Shown: one piece after another, positions 10,018-17,615 of the stretch
Numbering within the stretch: position 1 is the first letter of the stretch
Layout of the letters: each line of letters opens with the position of its first letter
Assembly (NCBI GenBank): GCA_041691295.1
Contig: JBEPVA010000001.1
Span: forward strand, 6,008 to 70,007
Source of the DNA: Gemmatimonadota bacterium
Lineage (GTDB): Bacteria; Gemmatimonadota; Gemmatimonadetes; Gemmatimonadales; GWC2-71-9
Length of the DNA stretch: 64,000 nucleotides
Direction: 5' to 3'
Translations under genes and position numbers: made by a program
The notes under the pieces: model-generated
Database searches by the model: none
What the model was told of the DNA's origin: nothing
The model's input: the letters and a program-made list of their open reading frames with translations, nothing else

Positions 10018-10611
10018 ATGAACGATCGATCCCAGCGGATCTTCAGACACGGCGGTGTTTGGTTCGACCGCCAATCCAACCGACATCAGGGCCACGACTA
10101 TACGAAGCCGGGCGCCTATTTCGTCACGATAACGGCAGAGAGTCGAAATCGGGTCTTCGGTGGGATGCTTGATGGCCGACTAGAGCTCAATGATATCGGA
10201 TGGCTGGTCCGTGAGGCCTGGAGCACGCTCCCCGTGCACTGCCCATGGGTAGGGATTGGAGACGCGGTGGTCATGCCAGACCACTTCCATGGCATCGTCC
10301 ATATCCTTGCATCTTCGCCTGTTAGGGAGGGCGATCACAAGGATCGCCCCTACCTTGCTGGCCGACCCAAGGGGACAGTTCCGAATTCGGTCGGGCGTGC
10401 GGTTCAGGCGTTCAAGTCCCTGACGACTCGGAGATACATCGAGAAGGTCCGGGCTGATCGATGGACGAGGTATGAGGGGAGACTGTGGCAGCGGGGATAC
10501 CACGACCGGATCATCCGTGATAACGCCGAACTGGAGCGAGCACAGCAGTACATCAGGGACAACCCTCGTCGATGGATGTCCTGCAGGCCGAGGGTCCAAG
10601 GAGAACGGTAG
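10018..10611 (+). CDS. REP-associated tyrosine transposase (RAYT; IS200/IS605 Y1 transposase-like)
   Basis: 197 aa. Motifs GAYFVTI, HUH motif HFHGIVH, and C-terminal WQRGYHDRIIRD with the Tyr. Confidence 0.85.
   Translation: MNDRSQRIFRHGGVWFDRQSNRHQGHDYTKPGAYFVTITAESRNRVFGGMLDGRLELNDIGWLVREAWSTLPVHCPWVGIGDAVVMPDHFHGIVHILASSPVREGDHKDRPYLAGRPKGTVPNSVGRAVQAFKSLTTRRYIEKVRADRWTRYEGRLWQRGYHDRIIRDNAELERAQQYIRDNPRRWMSCRPRVQGER
10329..10354. repeat. REP-like hairpin H1 (inside the RAYT ORF)
   Basis: gggcgatc-acaag-gatcgccc forms a perfect 8-bp stem and is followed by ctacc. Its reverse complement matches H2 at 24/26 positions. Confidence 0.7.
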
Positions 10612-10632
10612 GGGCGATGCTTGTCATCGCCC
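10607..10632. repeat. REP-like hairpin H2 (overlaps the RAYT stop codon)
   Basis: ggtag-gggcgatg-cttgt-catcgccc. It is the inverted copy of H1, and the only two differences are compensatory in the stem. Confidence 0.7.
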
Positions 10633-10776
10633 GACCGCCTTCCCCCTCGGGCCGGTGAGTGGCCGAACGGCAAGGCAGCCGAACCTCCGCCTGGGGGGCC
10701 AAGGGCCGAACGACAGGCCGCGCGAAGAGGTAGGCAGGGGCCATTCCCCACGGGGCAATGATCGAGGATCTGTTTT

Positions 10777-10810
10777 CGCTTACGGCTTAAGGCTTACGGC
10801 TTATGGCTTC
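10777..10810 (+). repeat. heptamer tandem repeat GCTTANG x ~4.5
   Basis: gcttacg gcttaag gcttacg gcttatg gcttcac. The tract runs into the selD ATG (10803). Confidence 0.7.
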
Positions 10811-11858
10811 ACCAATCCCCTCCCCCATCAAACTCACCGCCTACAGCCACGGCGCGGGCTGCGCCTGCAAACTCGGCCAACTCGACCTGACCGAGATCCT
10901 CCGCAGCCTGCCGGGGATCGAGGACCCGCGGGTGCTGGTGGACGCGGCCACCCGCGACGACGCCGCGGTCTACAAGCTGTCCGCCGAGCGGGCATTGATC
11001 GCCACGGTGGATTTCTTCATGCCGGTGGTCGACGACGCCAGGACCTGGGGGATGATCACCGCGACCAACGCGCTAAGCGATGTCTACGCCATGGGGGGCA
11101 CACCGCTCTTCGGCCTCAACCTGGTGGGCTGGCCGCGCGAGCTGTTGCCGTTCGACCTGCTGGGGCAGGTCATCGAAGGCGGCGCCGAGGTCGCACGGCG
11201 GGCGGGCTGCCTGGTGCTGGGCGGCCACTCGGTGGATAGCCCCGAGCCGCAATTCGGCATGGTCGTCATCGGTGAGGCCCATCCGGACCGGATCTTCACT
11301 CTGGCCAACGGCAAGCCCGGCGACCGGCTGGTGCTCACCAAGCCGCTCGGCACCGGCATCCTCACTACCGCCCTCAAACGCGGCCGGATCGACGAGGCGG
11401 AGCTGGCGGAGGCGGTGGCATCCATGTGCACCCTCAACGACGGAGCGATGCGGGCCGCCCGAACTGCTGGCGTGCGCTGCGCGACCGACGTCACCGGTTT
11501 CGGACTGACCGGTCACCTGGGCAACATGGTCCGGGCCAGCGGGCTGGCAGCCGAAATCAGGATCTCGGCGCTGCCGCTGCTGCAGGGTGTCTGCCAGCTG
11601 GCGAGGGATGGGATGGTTCCCGGTGGCACCAGGCGAAACCTCGAAGCCGCAGCGGAGGTCAAGTGGGGAGCGGATGTGAGTGACGTGGACCGGGTCATCG
11701 TGGGCGACGCTCAGACTTCCGGCGGGCTGCTCATAGCCGTGGCGGAGGAAAAGCTGGCGACGTTGCTGGAGGAGCTCAGGAAGGAGAGGACGCTGGCGGC
11801 GGCAGTTATCGGGAGGCTCACCGCTGGAACGCCAGGCGAAATCCAGATTTCGAACTAA
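10803..11858 (+). CDS. selD: selenide, water dikinase (selenophosphate synthetase), Cys-type
   Basis: 351 aa. N-terminal SHGAGCACKLG active-site loop carries Cys, with no in-frame TGA. AIR-synthase-like fold blocks. Confidence 0.9.
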   Translation: MASPIPSPIKLTAYSHGAGCACKLGQLDLTEILRSLPGIEDPRVLVDAATRDDAAVYKLSAERALIATVDFFMPVVDDARTWGMITATNALSDVYAMGGTPLFGLNLVGWPRELLPFDLLGQVIEGGAEVARRAGCLVLGGHSVDSPEPQFGMVVIGEAHPDRIFTLANGKPGDRLVLTKPLGTGILTTALKRGRIDEAELAEAVASMCTLNDGAMRAARTAGVRCATDVTGFGLTGHLGNMVRASGLAAEIRISALPLLQGVCQLARDGMVPGGTRRNLEAAAEVKWGADVSDVDRVIVGDAQTSGGLLIAVAEEKLATLLEELRKERTLAAAVIGRLTAGTPGEIQISN

Positions 11859-11860
11859 CA

Positions 11861-11925
11861 GCAAAGAGCGATCGGAGAGAGGATCCCGAGCTGCTAGGCT
11901 TTTCCCTCTCCCCTCGCCCTGCTCC
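11861..11925. repeat. purine tract / pyrimidine tract pair between convergent genes
   Basis: gcaaagagcgatcggagagagga ... cttttccctctcccctcgccctgctcc. GGAGAGAGG and CCCTCTCCC are imperfectly complementary. Confidence 0.45.
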
Positions 11926-11930
11926 TACAG

Positions 11931-12092
11931 TTACGCACTCCTGCTTTTCAACATCCGGCGAATCACTACCTGCGCGGCGGCAACCGCGGCCGCCATCGCC
12001 GCAGCCTTCATAGCTTCCTTGCCTACCGCGGCCACCTTGCGGCGGGCGATCCGGCGTTTGGCCTTCTTGACTGCCTTCTTTACGGTACCCAT
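11931..12092 (-). CDS. small basic protein (53 aa), not in the ORF track
   Basis: ATG 12092 lies 6 nt after AGGAGAG. Hand translation: MGTVKKAVKKAKRRIARRKVAAVGKEAMKAAAMAAAVAAAQVVIRRMLKSRSA, ending at TAA 11931-11933. Confidence 0.45.
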   Translation of the reverse strand: MGTVKKAVKKAKRRIARRKVAAVGKEAMKAAAMAAAVAAAQVVIRRMLKSRSA

Positions 12093-12145
12093 GTGATGCT
12101 CTCCTGATTGGGTGGTACCGGTAAGGTAGTCGAGCGCTGTGGGTC

Positions 12146-12250
12146 AGGAGTTGGAGTTTGGAATTGGGGATTCCCATTTCCCATTTCCCATTTCTCCGCT
12201 CTCCCCTCTCTGTTCTCTGTTCTCCTTTCGCCTTTCGCCTTTCGCCTTTC
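12146..12250. repeat. composite heptamer tandem-repeat tract
   Basis: ggagttggagtttggaattgggga, then TCCCATT x3, GTTCTCT x2 and CCTTTCG x4. The tract abuts the minus-strand stop at 12249-12251. On the gene's sense strand it reads GAAAGGC x4 and onward. Confidence 0.75.
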
Positions 12251-13226
12251 AGTCCAGTGACACTTCCCGGCCCACTCCCAACCGCTCTGCCTCCGCCACC
12301 ACGAACCGGGCAGCCGCCACGTCTTCGATGCCGAGTCCGAGGGACTTGAAGAGCGTGATCTCATCGGGGCGGGTCCGGCCCGGATGTTTCCGGGTCAGCA
12401 CCGCTCCCAATTCGGCGGAGATCTTGCCCGGCGCAATGCTGCGCTCGGCCATGGGAATGAGGAGATCACCCGCTTCGTTCAAGGCCGATTCCTTCGAATC
12501 GACGAACAGCGTGGCGGCGCGCACCAGGGCACTGTCGAGTTCCCGAGAGGTGGGTATGGAGGAACCGACGGCGTTGATGTGAGCCCCCGCGGCGATCCAG
12601 GCTCCCTCGACCACCGGGTCACGTGCGGCGGTCGTCGTACAGATGATGGAGGCATCGCGCACGGCGTCACGCGCCGTGTCCATCACCTCGATGGTGATGC
12701 CCCGGCTGGCCGCTTCCGCCGCGAATCGTTCGGCCCGTTCGCGAGTCCGGTTCCAGACCCGGATCCGGCGCAATGATCTCACCGAGTTGATGGCCTGCAG
12801 GTGGGTCCGGGCCTCGAGTCCCGCGCCGATCAGGGCCAGATCGTCGGCATCCTCCCGGGCCAGCCAGTCGGTAGCCACACCCGAGACCGCCGCGGTCCGG
12901 ATGGCGGTGACCGACCCGGCCTCAAGAACCGCGCTGAGCCTGCCGGAAGTTGGATCGACCAGGAGCACGGCGCCCTGATGACTGTCGAGTCCCCGTTGCG
13001 CGTTGCCGGGAAAGATGCTGACGATCTTCACGCCGAGCGACGTTGGGGTCCCGACGCAGGCGGGCATCGTGGCCATGAGACCGGAGCCATCGGGCAATCG
13101 CAGGATATTCCGCAGCGGCTGCTCGGCATTGCCCCGATCTCGCTCTTCGAGTGCTTCGGCCATCAGGCGGATGCAGTCGGTCATGGTGAGCAGTCGTTCG
13201 ACGTCCGACCGATTCAACACCCGCAT
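12249..13226 (-). CDS. ornithine cyclodeaminase / mu-crystallin family protein
   Basis: 325 aa. Rossmann LALIGAGLEARTHL and other family-typical blocks (VWNRTRERAERFA). Confidence 0.85.
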   Translation of the reverse strand: MRVLNRSDVERLLTMTDCIRLMAEALEERDRGNAEQPLRNILRLPDGSGLMATMPACVGTPTSLGVKIVSIFPGNAQRGLDSHQGAVLLVDPTSGRLSAVLEAGSVTAIRTAAVSGVATDWLAREDADDLALIGAGLEARTHLQAINSVRSLRRIRVWNRTRERAERFAAEAASRGITIEVMDTARDAVRDASIICTTTAARDPVVEGAWIAAGAHINAVGSSIPTSRELDSALVRAATLFVDSKESALNEAGDLLIPMAERSIAPGKISAELGAVLTRKHPGRTRPDEITLFKSLGLGIEDVAAARFVVAEAERLGVGREVSLD

Positions 13227-13301
13227 GTCAGCCCTCCCTCGAATGGTGGAGATGGTGGTACTCTTCGGCCAGATTCCAGAACTTCACAAGGCAACGTCCC
13301 G

Positions 13302-13529
13302 ATGGCATTCCGCTGGACCCCCGAACGGCTGGATCAGCTGGAACGCGCCGCACTAGACGGCCGCCGCGTGGCGCTGATGCGGCGAGGCACGGAATACATC
13401 GTACAGGCTTGCCGAGTCGAAAGCGATGGCCGGGGCGACGTGCTGATCGGCCGGCTCCCGATGACCAACGAAGAGATGCGGTTTGCGCTCAACGACCTGG
13501 ATTTCTTTCAGGTCGTGGGCGAGCGATAA
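13302..13529 (+). CDS. small hypothetical protein (75 aa)
   Basis: ATG 13302 within ORF 12801..13529. Divergent from the OCD gene. High GC3. No motif recognised. Confidence 0.4.
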   Translation: MAFRWTPERLDQLERAALDGRRVALMRRGTEYIVQACRVESDGRGDVLIGRLPMTNEEMRFALNDLDFFQVVGER

Positions 13530-13575
13530 CCTCCAGGCGCTTGACCTTTCCCATTCCGGGCCCCACCCTCCAGCC

Positions 13576-14451
13576 ATGTTCACCCGCCTCCTGGTCGGCC
13601 TCGACGGATCTCCGCAGTCCCGGACGGCACTGGCCCAGGCCATCAGCGTCGGCCAGCGATTCCGCTCCGCCCTGGTCCTGATCCACATCCTGCGCCCCGA
13701 GACGGTTGACCCGGTGGTCCTCCGCTCACTCGGCGGGCCGTGGCATGAGGGCCGGTCAGATCCGAAGGAGCCGGTCCCGGAAGCGCTGGCCGGACCTGGT
13801 GCCCGGATTCTCGATGAGGCGGCGGCGCTGGTGGTGGCCGCCAACCTGCCGGTGGAGCGGGTGATCCGCAGTGGTGCAGTGGTGGACGAACTCAATACGA
13901 TGGCCGCCAGCGCCGATGCCGTCTTCATCGGACGGGTGGGCCGGGCCGGCGGCGAAGATCCGCTCGGACCGGATTCTCGCGACTTGATCCGGCGGGCGCT
14001 GACCCCGGTCGTGGTCTGCGGGCTCAACGTCAGTGCCATGAACCGCTGCGCCGTGGCCTATGACGGTGAAGGCCCGAGCATCAAGGCGTTGCAGCTGGCC
14101 GCCCGGTTTGCCCAGGTGGCGGGCGCCCGCCTCGATGTCATTCACGCCGCGATCGACACTCCCCAGGGCCGCGAGATACTGGCCCGCGCCGAAATGGCGC
14201 TGTCGGAATTCCCGCTGGACTTCGAGACTCACCTGGAGGGTCCGGACATCGACCGGACCATCCCGGCCGCGCTGGCGCGACTGGGGTCCGATGCGCTGTT
14301 TGCCGGGGCCCAGCGCCAGGCCGGCAAGGTGCTGGTGCCTTCGCACATCGAAGCTATCTTGCGCGCCACCGATATTCCGGTCGTCGTCCACCACGTGCCA
14401 CAGGAAACCAGTGCCCGCCTCTCCGGTGCCCATCGCCGTCCTTCATCTTGA
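13576..14451 (+). CDS. tandem universal stress protein (UspA) domain protein
   Basis: Starts MFTRLLVGLDGSPQS. Two Usp-like halves, each ending in a ..PVVV(C/H) block. Confidence 0.8.
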   Translation: MFTRLLVGLDGSPQSRTALAQAISVGQRFRSALVLIHILRPETVDPVVLRSLGGPWHEGRSDPKEPVPEALAGPGARILDEAAALVVAANLPVERVIRSGAVVDELNTMAASADAVFIGRVGRAGGEDPLGPDSRDLIRRALTPVVVCGLNVSAMNRCAVAYDGEGPSIKALQLAARFAQVAGARLDVIHAAIDTPQGREILARAEMALSEFPLDFETHLEGPDIDRTIPAALARLGSDALFAGAQRQAGKVLVPSHIEAILRATDIPVVVHHVPQETSARLSGAHRRPSS

Positions 14452-15043
14452 TGAAAGCTGCCTCGGCAATGGCCAAGCCCGCCCCTCGCCCGGCGGCGCC
14501 GGCGGCCTGATCGAGATTCGCACGGTCGGCGCCATTCAGCGCCGCGATTTCTTCCTGCACGCTCCCGACACCACCAACAATCGCATGGCCCTGGCCGGCG
14601 CCATCGCCGCGCTGCAGCTGCTCGGCGCCAACAAGCAGCGCTGCAACATGCTGGTGGTGTCCGATTCGGAGTACCTGATCAAGGGGATGCGCGAGTGGGT
14701 GCAGGGCTGGATGAGACGGGGATGGAAACGGAAAGGCGGGGAGATCGAGAATCTGCAGCTGTGGCAGACCCTGGTGGGGTCGGCGGGCAAGCACGACGTG
14801 CAGTGGACCTGGGTGCGCGGCCATGTCGGTCATGCCAAGAACGAATACGCCAACGACCTTGCGGTCGGTGCGGCCACCCAGCAGGAAACGTCAGCGGGCA
14901 TCGTCGAGTCGGAGTTTCCAGCCTGGCTGGCCGCCAAGCGCGCCAAGGGGCAATACGGCAGTTACGATGAGGACGGGGCGTTCACCGCGTTTGAGCAGCG
15001 GCTGGCCGCCGGAGAGGCAATCCCGGGAGCCGAGGGGAAGTAG
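14426..15043 (+). CDS. rnhA: RNase HI homologue (atypical: conserved Glu replaced by Ala)
   Basis: Aligns by eye to E. coli RNase HI: LDESCLGNG, TTNNRMALAGAIAAL (E. coli has TTNNRMELMAAIVAL), VVSDSEYL, WVRGHVGHAKNEYANDLA. The start is uncertain; GTG 14426 is chosen and overlaps the Usp stop. There is a C-terminal extension. Confidence 0.75.
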   Translation: MPIAVLHLDESCLGNGQARPSPGGAGGLIEIRTVGAIQRRDFFLHAPDTTNNRMALAGAIAALQLLGANKQRCNMLVVSDSEYLIKGMREWVQGWMRRGWKRKGGEIENLQLWQTLVGSAGKHDVQWTWVRGHVGHAKNEYANDLAVGAATQQETSAGIVESEFPAWLAAKRAKGQYGSYDEDGAFTAFEQRLAAGEAIPGAEGK

Positions 15044-15084
15044 CTAGAAGCCCTCAGCCTTAAGCCGAGGCGGACTGAGCAGGA

Positions 15085-15603
15085 TCAGAGCGCGATAGCC
15101 GCCCGCTCTGCCGCACTGCTGTCGGGCCGGTCAACCGGGCGCGACTTGGATATCACGCTGATGGCCCCATTGTTTTCCAGCACCGCCACATGCACCTCGT
15201 CGATGCAGGTGCAGCCGCCCTGGCGCAGGGCCGCCTGGATTTCATGATGACTCAGGTTGGCGTTGGTCACCACTTCCTGGATCAGCTTGCCGTTGTGAAT
15301 CAGCACCTGCGGCCGCCCCTCGATCAGCGATTCCAGCTTCTTGCTGCGGAACGTCGCGTAGCCCACCGCGAAGTTGAGCGCCACCAGCGTCGCCGCCACC
15401 AGCAGCCCGCCGATCAGTGAATTATCCCCGCCATTCATCGAGTTCTGGACCGCGTTGGACAGGACCAGCAGCAGCACCAGGTCGAACGGCGCCAACTGGC
15501 CGACCTGCCGCTTGCCGGTGATCCGGAGCAGGACGAGCAGGAAGACGTAAACCACCAGTGCCCGGACGATCAGTTCCCACCAGGGGACGGCTAGCGAAAA
15601 CAT
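15085..15603 (-). CDS. DUF421 (YetF-like) membrane protein
   Basis: 172 aa. N-terminal TM helices and the LLRITGKRQVGQLAPFD block typical of the family. Confidence 0.8.
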   Translation of the reverse strand: MFSLAVPWWELIVRALVVYVFLLVLLRITGKRQVGQLAPFDLVLLLVLSNAVQNSMNGGDNSLIGGLLVAATLVALNFAVGYATFRSKKLESLIEGRPQVLIHNGKLIQEVVTNANLSHHEIQAALRQGGCTCIDEVHVAVLENNGAISVISKSRPVDRPDSSAAERAAIAL

Positions 15604-15620
15604 GCCTGGAACTCCCGGTT

Positions 15621-15661
15621 AAGGGCGGGAAAAGCGAAAAGAGAAAAGCGAAAGGGAGAGA
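15621..15661 (+). repeat. purine-rich heptamer arm (GAAAAGC family), left arm of 4HB cassette A
   Basis: gggaaaa gcgaaaa gagaaaa gcgaaag ggagaga. Positions 15634-15656 are complementary to 16112-16134. Confidence 0.8.
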
Positions 15662-15745
15662 CTCTGAGATCTATCGCGTCATTCCGACCAGCTCTCGCGT
15701 AATTGCGGTTACCCGAACGAGGTTGTCCGGTCGCATACTGTCCAC

Positions 15746-16102
15746 ATGAAGGACCACCGATCACTCAAGGCCTGGCAGGAAGCCCACCTCGTCGTAGTGG
15801 GCATTCTCAGGATCGCACGAGAATCATGGAGACCATGGGCGAGCGCAGTGTTCAGCCAGGTCCAGCGCGCCTCGTTGTCGGTGCAACTCAACATTGCCGA
15901 AGGCTGGACCTTTGGTGAATCGCCGACATCCACGCGCCACCTGAGTGTTGCCTATGGTTCAGTGGTCGAGACCCTTGACCTGCTGGATCTGATGATCGAG
16001 GCGCAGATTGCTCCGGAGGCCGAGCTTGCAACGCTGAAGAGCAATGCAGCACAATCTCAGCGCCCGCTACTCGGACTTCTCAAGCGGCGTCGACCGCTAT
16101 GA
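15746..16102 (+). CDS. four-helix-bundle protein (23S rRNA intervening-sequence protein / Avd-like family)
   Basis: 118 aa. Family pattern LKAWQEAH..., QVQRASLSVQLNIAEG, GSVVETLDLLDL. Confidence 0.85.
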   Translation: MKDHRSLKAWQEAHLVVVGILRIARESWRPWASAVFSQVQRASLSVQLNIAEGWTFGESPTSTRHLSVAYGSVVETLDLLDLMIEAQIAPEAELATLKSNAAQSQRPLLGLLKRRRPL

Positions 16103-16105
16103 GGT

Positions 16106-16143
16106 GCTTTTCCTTTTCGCATTTCTCTTTTCACTTTTCGCGC
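16106..16143 (+). repeat. pyrimidine-rich heptamer arm, right arm of 4HB cassette A
   Basis: gcttttc cttttcg catttct cttttca cttttcg. It starts 4 nt after the TGA. Confidence 0.8.
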
Positions 16144-16145
16144 TG

Positions 16146-17615
16146 TCAAGGCTTCAGGCTTTTCCCCGCCCTCATCCGGGCCTCGATATCGCTGATTTCC
16201 CGCGGCGCCTGTGACACCCGCTCCACTCCCGTTGGCGTCACGAAGTAATCGTCCTCGATCCGCACCCCGGTGTTCTTGTAGCGGGCCACTGCCACCCCGA
16301 TCTTGGCGATCATCTGCCGGTTCTTCGGCGTATCCGGCAGCCCTTCGAGGGCCGAGGCGCGGACGTAGAGACCGGGTTCGATGGTAAAGGCATCGCCGAG
16401 CTGGAAGGTGCGGGCCTCGAGGTCGCTGAACTGGGCCGGGTCGTGCACGTCGAGACCGAGCCCGTGACTGTAGCCGTGATATGAATACAGGTACCACTGG
16501 GGGCAGGCCTCACCTTCCTTGCGGTACGGCGGCCGGGTCGGACACAGTCCTTCCGGCGCGTCGAAGGTGGCATCGGCGCTCTCGATCAGCCCCAGCTTCA
16601 CCAGCCCGCGCACGATCACCATCCGGGCCGAATCGTAGGCTGCACTGCTCGTCGTACCCGGTTTGATCATCCGTTCCTCGGCCTTCTGGGCATCGAGTAC
16701 GACCTGGTAGACCGCCCGCTGGTCGGCACTGAAGACCCCGTTGACCGGAATAGTGCGGGTGATGTCAGCCGCATATCCGTCGTAGCTGCTGGCCACGTCC
16801 ATCAGGACCACTTCACCGTTCTGCATGATCCGTCGCCCGGCGTCGTAGTGCAGCGAGGTCGAGTTGGGACCCGACCCCACGATCGAGGAATAGGCCGGTC
16901 GGTCTCCGCCCAGGCGGCGAAAGGCGTATTCCGCCGAGGCCTGCACCTCGTACTCCGCCTTGCCAGCCCCGATCATCCGCAGCGCGGCCACGTGGCCCGA
17001 ATCGCTGATCTCGATGGCCTTCCGGAGCAGGGCCAGTTCGGCCGGACTGCGCTTGGCCCGCAACCGGTCGACCAGCGGCGTGCCGCGACGGACATCCAGG
17101 TTCGGGTGCGCCGCCTTGAGCCCGTTGACGATCAGCGAGCCGTAGGAGGCGGTGTCCCGGCGGGCAAACTCGTTGGCCACCGCATCGCTGATCACGTACA
17201 GGGGCAGCCCGCTGCCCGCCAGCGAATCGAGCAGCGGGGCCAGCCCGGCGCTGTACCGAACGTCCAGACCGGTCTCCTGTGCCAGCGCCACCGGATCGGT
17301 AGTCCTGCCACTGTACAGCGCCCCGCGCAGGTCGGTTGGCGGCACAAACAGCACCGCTTGCGAACTGCCGCCACGCTTGACCATGACCAGTGCGGCATCG
17401 GGATCGAGGTAGCCGGTCAGGTATCGGAATCCGGCGAGCTGCACAAAGGCGGGATAGTGAGCCAGCGGCTCCCGGGCCCCGGCGGAGAAGACGATGCCGC
17501 TGTCGACCTGCGCCAGCACCGCAGTGCGACGGGCGGCATAATCGGCCTGCGGAATCTGGGCCTGAAGAGCGGTAGCGGCCACCGCCGCCGCGCCGGCCAG
17601 GAGAGCGAGTCTCAT
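16146..17615 (-). CDS. Xaa-Pro aminopeptidase (M24B family), secreted
   Basis: Pita-bread metal-ligand blocks DVASSYDGYAADITRT, HGYSHGLGLDVHD and GVRIEDD. ATG 17615 forms an ATGA overlap with the upstream stop and gives the signal peptide MRLALLAGAAAVAATALQAQ. Confidence 0.85.
   Translation of the reverse strand: MRLALLAGAAAVAATALQAQIPQADYAARRTAVLAQVDSGIVFSAGAREPLAHYPAFVQLAGFRYLTGYLDPDAALVMVKRGGSSQAVLFVPPTDLRGALYSGRTTDPVALAQETGLDVRYSAGLAPLLDSLAGSGLPLYVISDAVANEFARRDTASYGSLIVNGLKAAHPNLDVRRGTPLVDRLRAKRSPAELALLRKAIEISDSGHVAALRMIGAGKAEYEVQASAEYAFRRLGGDRPAYSSIVGSGPNSTSLHYDAGRRIMQNGEVVLMDVASSYDGYAADITRTIPVNGVFSADQRAVYQVVLDAQKAEERMIKPGTTSSAAYDSARMVIVRGLVKLGLIESADATFDAPEGLCPTRPPYRKEGEACPQWYLYSYHGYSHGLGLDVHDPAQFSDLEARTFQLGDAFTIEPGLYVRASALEGLPDTPKNRQMIAKIGVAVARYKNTGVRIEDDYFVTPTGVERVSQAPREISDIEARMRAGKSLKP

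Noticed and set aside
10640-10720. GCCGAAC-containing segments downstream of RAYT considered as a tandem repeat or REP array.
   Set aside because: The three copies are irregularly spaced (15 and 27 nt) and do not form hairpins. The evidence is insufficient, so they are mentioned only in the selD finding.
11818-12177. ORF-track 119-aa ORF on the minus strand.
   Set aside because: It reads through simple-repeat tracts and has no RBS. The in-phase 53-aa ORF with AGGAGAG (11931-12092) is the more plausible gene.
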